From Octopus sinensis (Eukaryota): a stretch of 64,000 nt of DNA. This document shows positions 54,425 to 64,000 of the stretch, in pieces. The notes under the pieces were generated by a model. That model saw nothing but the letters and a program-made list of their open reading frames with translations. It was not told the DNA's origin and searched no databases. The position numbers were made by a program, and so were the translations under genes. Location: positions 31,124,001-31,188,000 of the forward strand of contig NC_043009.1 in assembly GCF_006345805.1 (NCBI RefSeq), given 5' to 3'. Positions within the stretch are counted from its first letter, which is position 1. Each line of letters begins with the position of its first letter.

Positions 54425-55333
54425 CATGGTTCTCAGCTGGGGCCCATATAACCCTTAGGGGTCCATATGTCCATTTAGGGTCCAAATGGCCATTGAAGTT
54501 CCATATAAGATTGTGTGGTTAAAATTTATTTGCAGTAAATTGATTATATTCCTACAACTCAAAATATTTTAAGTGGATGACAAGTGAGCAAGACCTTTGG
54601 AGAGATGCTGTGCTTGAGAAGACCCAGCGAGCCAAGTGAGACCGTAACCATGGCCTATGCCAGTGTAGTATAACCAGCCCATTTAAGAGTACCTTTCAAT
54701 CATTGGGCAATAAACTGCGCTTGTGAAGACCTGTTGAGTCAAGGGAACTCATTGTCATGGTCAATGACAGTACTGCCTGATGTGCACCCATGCCAGTGGC
54801 ATGTAAAAAGCACCATTCAAGCATGGTCGATGCCAGTGCTGCTTGACTGATCCTATGCTGGTGGCACGTAAAAAGCACCATTCGAGTGTGATCATTGCCA
54901 GTACCACTTGACTAGCTTCTGTGCTGGTGGCACGTAAAAAGTACCCTTCGAGTGTGGTTGATGCCAGTGCTGGCTGACTAGTCCTGTGTTGGTGACCCGT
55001 AAAAAGCATCCACTACACTCTCGGAGTAGTTGGTATTAGGAAGGGCATCCAGCTGTAGAAAATTTTCCAGATCAGATTGGAGCCTGGTAGAGCATTCTGG
55101 CTTGCCAGCCCGCTGTCAAACTGTCCGACCCATGCCAGCATGGAAAGCAGACATTAAACAATGGTGGTGGTGGCGGTGGCGGCAGCAGTTTTTTTTCCAA
55201 ATAATTCCTAATAATATTTAATCATAAAAGTTAATAGAAATTTTTAAACATTGAATTTCACTAAGGGTTCACTGAATTAAAGTGGGAGCCAAAGGATGGG
55301 GGGAGCATAGGTGAAAAATGGTTGAGAAACACC
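54425..55333 (+). mobile_element. hAT (Charlie-like) MITE interrupted by an RTE 3' fragment
   Basis: Degenerate TIRs catggttctcag ... gttgagaaacacc. Confidence 0.7.
54575..55185 (+). mobile_element. RTE-clade LINE 3' end with tandem 3' UTR units of about 65 bp
   Basis: gacctttggagagatgctgtgcttgagaagacc (DLWRDAVLEKT), collinear with 11800-12420. Confidence 0.92.
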
Positions 55334-55439
55334 TATTCTGGCTCATGAAACATGTTGTTCTGATATTTAGAAATATTTTTAAAAAGTATTTTACAGGAAT
55401 CCTACAAAGGATTACTTCCTATCCTTTATTGTTGATCAT

Positions 55440-56195
55440 TTGTTTGTTTCAATCATTGGACTGTGGCCATGCTGGGGTACAACCATGAATTGTTTTAGTC
55501 AAACAAACTGACTTTAATACTTATGGGATTTTCAAGCCTGTTACTTATTCTATTAGTCTGTTTTGCCAAACTGCTAAGTTTCAAGGATGTGAACAAACCA
55601 ACACTTGTTATCAATTGATAAGTAGCAAACACAGAACCAATGCCACACATACATAGGTATATATATAGGAGACCCCCATTCAGTCATGAATGACCATAGG
55701 ATTGCACTTAGAAAGTTACCCACCAAGGCACAACTCCGGGGAAGGTTGTTTATGGAAGACCAGCAGTTGCTCATGCATACCAGCCTCCTCTCTCCACACC
55801 GCTGATGTTATCCAAGGGAAAGGCAAAGGCTTGACACCTGTGACGTCGCAACTCATTTCTACAACTGAGTTAACTGGAGCAACATGAAATGAAGTGTCTT
55901 GCTCAAGAACTCAACATGCAGCCTGGTCCAGGATTCAAACTCACAACCTCACGATTGTAACTTCAATGCTCTAACCCCTGAGCCATGTGCCTTCAACAGG
56001 CAAAATAAAAAAAAATATATATATATATATATAATATACACACACACACAATAGGTTTTCACAGTTTCCATCTACCAAATTTACTCACGAGGCATTGAGT
56101 TAGCAGGGCCATAGCAGAAGACCCTTACATAAGGTGCCGTTCAGCAGGACTAAACTGAAAACCATGTGATTACAAAACAAGTTTCTTAAACACTC
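55440..56195 (-). mobile_element. SINE-B copy split by a SINE-C insertion
   Basis: 3' half at 55440-55650 and 5' half at 56050-56195. Confidence 0.8.
55666..55996 (-). mobile_element. tRNA-derived SINE, family C, near full length
   Basis: Minus strand tgaaggcacatggctcaggggttagagc..gagtttgaatcc..ttcttgagcaagacactt (CORE/V-like). Confidence 0.85.
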
Positions 56196-57075
56196 AAACC
56201 TATCTGCAAATGCATCATTTGGAAATCCTGAATTATCTTTGACAGATGAAACTCTAGTAAATTGAAATGGCTCTGTGTACAAATATAGAAGGTTTTATAG
56301 ATTTATAGTTGAAATACATATTTTAAGAGCTGTGTGGTTGAAATGAGAAATTAAAACAGAAACAGAAAACTGAAATAAATGTATAAGGATTCTATGGTAT
56401 ATTTTAGCATTTCAAACTCAAATTTGCCTTATTTGTGATAAAAACTAAATAATATTGACTTCTGTCTAGGTGATTTTCTCTTTTGCAATGGTAAGGAAAA
56501 ACAAACAGTTAATGAAACAACAGGTTGCTAAGAAGGTTAATTAATTAAAAATCTGTGTTGTACTTCCATGCGAAAAAGAATCTGATAAGCATTTTTACTA
56601 TTTACATATCACGGTTTTTATTGATATATCAACATGATATCAACATTTGTAAACATGCTTCTTAATACTGTCTGTTACTTATTTATAATTCTTTATGTAT
56701 GTGTTTTTGGAGAACATCTGTGTGTGTGTGTGTGTGTGTGTTTGCAGGATAACCTTATGTCGAAAGAAATAATTTGATTTCATTTAAATGACTGTAAATG
56801 ACAGCCTTCATCTATATTACATATTTCGTCTCTCCAATAAATCTTGGTTACTTTTTATTTTACTAACTGTTAATTACTCAATTGATAATAATTTCATTAA
56901 AGCTATGCCCTTAATTCTCAACCCATGAGTTAACATCAGTTATACAAGCTTTATCAGATAATAACCCCCAAAATTCATAAATCAAACTTTATGAACCACT
57001 TAGTATGAATTTACTTTGACTTGTACTCTGCAACATGACAGGACATAAAACTCATTGGGGAGCATAAAAACTGTA

Positions 57076-57350
57076 GGATGGACCACCTGTGAGAGGGACC
57101 ACCTGTGGGATGGACCACTAGGGGATGACCCATCTGCAGGATAGAACACCTGCAGGATTGACCACCTACTTGATGGACCACCTGTGGGATGGACTGCCTG
57201 CAGGATAGATCACCTACGGGATGAACTACCTGTGTGATAAACCACCTACTGAATGGACCTCCTGCAAGATGGACCACCTGTGGGATGGTCCACCTGCAAG
57301 ATGGACCACCTGCAGGATAGACCACCTGTGAGATGGACCACCTGCGAGAT
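57076..57350. repeat. Minisatellite, 16-bp unit (ggatggaccacctgtg), about 17 copies
   Basis: Tandem units visible directly. Confidence 0.95.
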
Positions 57351-58470
57351 AGAAGACATGTGGTCCATCCAAACTATGTTGTGCAACATTAAATGACTGA
57401 CTTTGTTACTACTGTTTGTAACCATGCTAATTGCTAAAAAAAATATGTGACCATTGCTATAAAGAATAACTTGACCAGTCATTATGTAATCAACTTGACA
57501 TGAAACGCTAAATGATAGATAGATAGGTAGATAGACAGGTAGGTAGGTAGGTAGGTTTGTAGGTAGGTAGATAGGCAGACAGACCGACAGATAGGTAGGC
57601 AAGCAGACAGACAGATAGATAGATAGACAGACAGACAAATTGATAGATAGATAAAAAGAGAGTTCAGGAAGATGGTAGATTATTAAAATTCTAGAGCTTC
57701 TCTCTAAGAACAAAGTCAATTGAATATCAAGAATGGTAAAGTGACAGACAAAATTACTTGTACTATTTGGTTCTGTCAATCTATATTCTCATCTCATTTT
57801 GGTCTTACATTCAAATTAATTGGTTTATAAAACGATTATCAATCACAGACTAGATGTTACAATAAGCCATACCCCACTCCTATAAATCTCTACTATTGTC
57901 CCAATGCAATAATTGTTATGAAAATAACCTGTGCAAACATTCCAAAACAATGTTTTGTTGTAGTTATGATTGTAAGTGTTGCAAGTGAAGTTAGTGTTGC
58001 TACTTGAAACTACACAAGTAGCTTATTATTTTCTTCTAAAGCACAAACCTACTTCAGATATCACATGGCATCTTCTTCATTGTTAGTTTATCTTGTAGTC
58101 ATCGGAATCATAGCGAGACGGTTTAAATCTATTGTTTGCCACTGAGCTACAGAAACCATAGCTCTGTTTAAGTTTTACTAACAGTAAGTTTGAAACCCCT
58201 GACAGCTGTTGCAGCTGTGTTAGACCATAGTTCACCAATATTAATTGAACAGTATGCAGTGAAACCTGCTATTGTCATTGAATTGGTGGTTGTCAAATTA
58301 GGTTTTTCTGGCCACATGTAAAGCCTGCAAAATGCATGCAATATGAGCATAATAATATTTGCGTATATACATATGATAAAAGATGTATTTGCATATGTGT
58401 GTATGTATTTATGTATGTATAATTCACAAGCACAATCCAGATATTCTCCATATAGAAGACACCTAGTACT

Positions 58471-58720
58471 TCTCAAAAGATTCAGTCCTAGACTTTGATT
58501 AAAGAATTTTGCCAACATAACATGGCAGTCCTAGTTTAGGATGAATGTTACTGTAATGTTCGAAAATATAAGGACACAGATTGTGTTGTATAGCCAGCTA
58601 GAGACGATGTCTTTTAGGGCTAAATTACAGCAACATTCGTCCTAAACCAGGACTGCCATGTTATGTTGGCAAACAATCTTTACTCCAAAGTATTGTTGCT
58701 GAATATCTCTCCTTGTGAGA
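58471..58720. mobile_element. Fold-back/MITE-like element
   Basis: 58508-58557 and 58624-58673 are inverted 50-bp arms with 3 mismatches; degenerate pairing extends about 40 bp further. Confidence 0.85.
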
Positions 58721-59036
58721 TTTTAAAAATAGTAATTAGACTCTGATGCCTTTATTCAGAGGGATTGGTTCCACAAGGCAAAGAAAGGCTGTAAGAGGGA
58801 TCAGGTTGCATGGGTATGGAGGCAATTATACAGATAAGCATGTTAGACACATTAACTAAAAAATAAGTATATATATGTATACTTGCAGAAGTAGAGAAAG
58901 CTTCAGAAACTTTCAGATGATGAATTTTTAAGCATAAATATATAGATATTTAATTTAATAGATTCAACATATACGGAGTACAACTGACAGAAAATTAATG
59001 GGGTGGAGATATATATATATATGTGTGTGTGTGTAT

Positions 59037-59162
59037 TCTGAAAGTGTAGCTGCTAGAATAAGAATAGCCTGGGTAAAGTTCAGAGAGCTCTTATCTCTGC
59101 TGGTGATAAAGGTCCTCTCGCTCAGAGTAAAAGGTAGATTGTATGATGCATGTGTACGAACA
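59037..59162 (+). mobile_element. RTE RT internal fragment
   Basis: [40 protein letters not shown]. Confidence 0.85.
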
Positions 59163-59314
59163 GGAAACTCAAAAGAGGGCAGCAGTGTCAAACTCCCACC
59201 TGCACCAAAAGCCAATCCCATAACAATGACCATTGAAAATGTGATTATACTGGAGGCGCTCCAGCATGGTCACAGCCTTAGGGCTGAAATGTGTGGAAGA
59301 AAAGAATATATGAT

Positions 59315-59327
59315 CTATCTATCTGTA

Positions 59328-59394
<67 letters not shown>

Positions 59395-59550
59395 TTATCT
59401 ATTTATCTGTCTGTCTGTCTATGTATTTATCTATCTATCTATCTATTTATCTATATGTCTGTCCGTCTATGTATTTATCTATGTATGTATCTATCTATTT
59501 ATCTATTTATCTATCTAGCTAGTTAGCTATCTATTTATCTATCTATCTAT
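59315..59550. repeat. (TATC)n tetranucleotide array
   Basis: Visible directly. Confidence 0.95.
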
Positions 59551-61039
59551 CGATTTGTGTGTGTGTATGTGTCTATCTGTCTGTGTATCTTGTTGATGTT
59601 TGAAGTCTGTTTATCTTTGTTAAAATATGATAAATAATTCTGTTAGGTACCTTCATTGTGACACAGTTTAAAGATTCTTATTTGTTATTGGAACGCACCC
59701 CATTCTCCACTCCATTCACTTTCTTTCCACCTATGAAAATATCAAACAATTTCTCAGACATTATTAATTCATTTTTAAAGCGGAAACTCTTTGATAAAGA
59801 GATGACATTTATCTGTTTTTCTCTGCCACACCTACTGATCTACCAAAACTGTTCTCCCTAGAAGCTAAATACTCACCTGTGACAATATTACATTTAGTTT
59901 CAGTACATAATTCTCATTAAGACAACCGTTTGGATAACGATTTCATTTTAAGTAACTATAAATGCATTGTAAGTGTTCACATAATCCTAATTGGAATATT
60001 CAGTATTTTAGGCTGTCATTAAATCTGATAATCTCACAAAATCTCACGACCTTACTCATTAGTCACTAAAGCTTAACTCATCTCACAACGAACAACTTTA
60101 AATTAACTCACAGCATCCCCAGTTAATAACCTTTACAACACAACATATGGATGGATGGATGGATGGGGAGGGGGGAGAAGATATGGATGGTTGGATGAAT
60201 TGACAGATAGGTAGATGGATTGTGAGTAGACTGACTGGGCGAGTGGATGGATAGATAGATGGACAGATGAACAAATAGAGGGATGGATGGATGAGCAAAT
60301 GGTTGGATGGATTAAAGGAGGGATTGTGAGAAAACTGGCAAAATGGAGTGATGGATGAATGAATGGATGGATGATGGATGGAAAGACGGATAAAGAGATA
60401 GATGGATGGATGCATGCATCTTTGGATCTCTGATGACTCTTAATGCTGGTACTTCAGTTGTTTGATCACCTGAATTCCCTTCTCATTGAATTACTGTGAA
60501 AATGGTTGAGTATTCCAAAGACAGATCTGTACTCTTGATGAAATTCTCAAGCATATTTAGCACATAAACACTATGTAATAAGCATGTCCCTTATTAATGA
60601 CTTATGGTTATAATCTATTTGAAAGGTTTCTGCACAGTTTCCATCACCTGGATTTCACTCGCAAATAATGGATCAACTAGAGTTAACAGAAAACAATATT
60701 TACACAATATACCATACAGTGAGATTGAACTTAAGACCTCAGAGATTCAAGGCAATCTTCTTCAATGATTTAGCCATGCTGCACCCATACCATACCTCAT
60801 CATTGTCATTAATTAACCAACAATCTTATCTGCAATACCAATAATTACTAACTATCAATTTCAGCTTACCAATTATCTCATTTCCATATTTGATATAAAG
60901 ATTTAATTAACATTAATTTTTGAAGAACTTAAGAATTGTAATCCATTTAGTCAAGGAAGCATGGCTGAAGACTTTGCCTTCCATTTGCAGTGGCTTGAAT
61001 TCCAAGCAAAGAAAACTGTCTGTAACATTCTGCTATAAA

Positions 61040-61550
61040 CACACATACACACATACACACATACATACATACATACATACATACATACAAACATACATAC
61101 ATACATACATACATACATACAAAATGCATACATAATACATACACATAAACATATGTACATGCATTTCATTACATATAAACATACATACATACATTACATA
61201 TGTACATACTTACATCCGTACATTACCTTACAAACATAAATACATGCATACATACATATATACATACATCAATGCATACATATATACACATACATACATA
61301 CATACATAAATGCATACTTACATACTCCTACACATACATGCACACACTTACATATGTACATATATTACATCACAAACATACATTTCATTACATACACATG
61401 TACATATATACACACACATATGTCCACACATTACTTACATACACAAGTATATTACATACATATGTACATACTTAATCCATACATTACATAACACACATAA
61501 ATACATGCATACATAAATACATACATACATGCATACATATATACACATAC
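61040..61550. repeat. (CATA)n-derived low-complexity block
   Basis: Visible directly. Confidence 0.9.
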
Positions 61551-61564
61551 ATTGGTACAGCTGT

Positions 61565-61920
61565 AGCAGTGTGGCACCTTGGGCAAGTGTTTTCCTACTA
61601 TGGCCTTGGGACAACCAATGCTTTGTGACTGGCTTTTGTAGACAGAAACTGAAAGAAGCCTGTCGTGTGTGTGTGTTTGTGTGTGTGTGTGTACATGTGT
61701 GTCTTTGTGTCTGTGTTTGTCCCTTCACTGCTGCTTGACAATCAATGCTGGTGTGTTTACGTCCCTGTAACTTAGCAGTTCAGCAAAATAAGTCAACATA
61801 ATAAGTACCAGGCTTTAAGAAACAAAAACGAAGTCCTGGTGGGTTGATACATTTGGTTAAAAAATTTTCAAGACGGTGCCCCAGCATGGCCACAGGCTAA
61901 TGACTGAAACAAGGGAAATA
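61565..61920 (+). mobile_element. 5'-truncated SINE-B copy
   Basis: gtggcaccttgggcaagtg..gtttacgtccctgtaacttagc..cagcatggccacag. Confidence 0.9.
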
Positions 61921-62049
61921 CACACACACACAGATTTATGCACACATCACGATATCTGGGGCAATAAAATCCTGCAAGATCTTCTTAAGATTTAAAGGTT
62001 GTTCATTAAAGAGGTTTCTCTTCACAACTTTGCAGCCAAAAGAGAGATA

Positions 62050-62276
62050 TATTTCTTTATTGCCCACAAGGGGCTAAACATAGAGGATACAAACAAGGAC
62101 CGACATAGGTATTAAGTCGATGACATCGACTCCAGTGCGTAACTGGTGCTTATTTAATCGACCCCGAAAGGATGAAAGGCAAAGTCGACCTCAGCGGAAT
62201 TTGAACTCACAACGTAACGGCAGACGAATTACGGCTACACATTTCGCCCGGTGTGCTAACGTTTCTGCCAGCTCGA
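62050..62276 (-). mobile_element. Young SINE-A copy, same subfamily as 41213-41478
   Basis: Near-identical CpG-rich body and the cccttgtgggcaataaagaaata tail. Confidence 0.93.
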
Positions 62277-62699
62277 TAGAGCACACACATACATACATAG
62301 ATACATACATTTGTATATACGTACATACATGTGTGTGTGTGTATGTAATCCATTCCTATGGGTGACTTCACCTAATTTTCTTCAATCAACAGGGTTTGTT
62401 AACACTTAAATTTATGTAAATCCTTTGCATTAAAGCAACTTTGTAACAAGAATTATTTACCAATTTCTCATTATTTCAAGATACAATCCAAAACATGGAA
62501 ATTTGCTTTCATACTTATAACTTGAAAGTTTCCCATTTCGTGGTTAAAAGTCTTTGAGTTCCTCTGGTTTTGTGGTATCTCTGCCACTTAGATTATGACA
62601 AAGGCATGCTTTGATTTCCACATTGAATCAATAGGCTTGTTATCTATAAATCCACACACCTTTTCTTTGCTTTTTACCTTGTAATCAACTAGCACCTTA

Positions 62700-62902
62700 T
62701 AATGGTTTCAAATTTTGGCACAAGGCCAACAGTTTTGAGGGGAGGGTTGATTACATTGCTCCCAGTGATCCACTGGTGGCCCCCAAAAGGATGAAAAACA
62801 AAGTCAACCTTGGTGGTATTTGAACTCAGAACATAAAGATGGACAAAATGGTGCTAAGCATTTTGTCTGTCATGCTAATGATTCTGCCAGGTTGCTTCCT
62901 TG
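62700..62902 (-). mobile_element. SINE-A copy
   Basis: aaaggatgaaaaacaaagtcaaccttggtggtatttgaactcagaac. Confidence 0.85.
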
Positions 62903-63489
62903 CTAGCACCATATATTATCATCTTCATTGTTGTTGGCATCATTATCATCATCATTCTTTTAATGTTTATTATTCTATTCTTGTGTGGGTCAAATAACAA
63001 TTGTTGCAGTGAATAATCTACAGCCAGATGCTCAACCTGCCACCATCCCTCACCTGTTAATAAAAAAAATATTTTACCCTTGACACGAAAATTGCAAACA
63101 AATATCAGCATCTGTCTGATGAAGCCTATTTGCAATTAGTGTGTGATGTCAAGAGCAGGAGGCACCTGCAGACACACACACACATGCAAAGACACATGTG
63201 TGTCCTTTTAGCTTTCATTTACCAAATTCTCTTACAAGATTTTGGTCAGTCTCAAGCTATAGCAGAGAGGACTGAACTCTGAGTTCTGTTATTCTGAAAC
63301 CAACTTTTTAACTACAAAACCATTTCTGTATCACTATTTAAGATATTGAGTTTCATTTTTTTTTTAGTCTATGCATCCAGAATTATTATTTGTTCAGTTT
63401 TGACTGAATTATCAGTTAATGACTCAAAGACAAATATGTAGAGAATTAAGTTTTAGTGCCAAGCACACAAATCAGCACTTGAATAGCAA

Positions 63490-63795
63490 TGCATATGTAT
63501 ACACATGTTTGTGTGTGTGTGTGCATATGCCTATGTATATATGTAAATACACATATGTGCATATATACATAAATATATATTTGTATATACATGAATGTGT
63601 ATATTTGCAAGTATATATGCATGTATGTGTGTATGCATGTATGTGTGTATGCATGTATGTGTATGTATGTATGTATGTATGTGTGTCTGTATATATGTAT
63701 GCATGTATATATGCATATATTTATGTATGCATGTATGTATACATGTATGCATGTATGCATGTATGTATGCATATATGAATGTGTTTATGTATGTG
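63490..63795. repeat. (TATG)n/(TG)n low-complexity block
   Basis: Visible directly. Confidence 0.9.
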
Positions 63796-64000
63796 CAGTA
63801 ACAGTTAACCCTTTACATAATCTGCAGTCAGTTTCTATTTGAATACCAAGAATTAGAAAAATAGCATTGTTTAAGTTCTTTCTTTACCATATTCTGAACG
63901 AAAAATTCAAGTTTGAAAAGTTTACAAATACAAATGGAAAGTCTATACCAAGAGAATTTCACAAAACTTGCATCAATGTTCAGGAGACTGGTGAATAGCT

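Noticed and set aside
54770-55015. CRISPR-like periodic array (also 12005-12265 and 57076-57350)
   Set aside because: The units are homologous along their whole length with no unique spacers, there are no cas genes, and the context is a eukaryotic LINE UTR or minisatellite
57011-57779. ORFs with repeated VVH/GGP peptides
   Set aside because: Derived from a 16-bp minisatellite (not a multiple of 3) and GATA repeats
59860-59900. Minus-strand CAG|GTGAGT as a recursive splice site
   Set aside because: No polypyrimidine tract upstream; expected by chance in 64 kb

Overview
Eukaryotic, very AT-rich, microsatellite-dense DNA with no recognisable host protein-coding exon, so probably intergenic or deep intronic. 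The repeat repertoire (CORE-like and Meta-like tRNA SINEs, RTE LINEs, long (TA)n/(AAT)n/(GAT)n tracts) resembles an octopus or other coleoid cephalopod genome; that assignment is an inference. Almost all ORFs in the track are translations of simple repeats. The real coding remnants are transposon fragments: RTE-group LINEs, R4/Dong-like RLE LINEs and Tc1/mariner transposases. There are also piggyBac-like and hAT-like MITEs, fold-back elements and a degenerate tRNA. The most notable observations are: (1) a 5S rRNA-derived sequence fused to an RTE 3' tail with its 5' part duplicated as a hairpin; (2) an RTE ORF2 end carrying three tandem C2H2 zinc fingers; (3) fold-back palindromes centred on microsatellites; (4) hammerhead-core-like motifs in Penelope-like remnants; (5) SINE arrays and nesting; (6) a MITE insertion whose empty site is present elsewhere in the window. 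Coordinates were read by eye and element ends are approximate.
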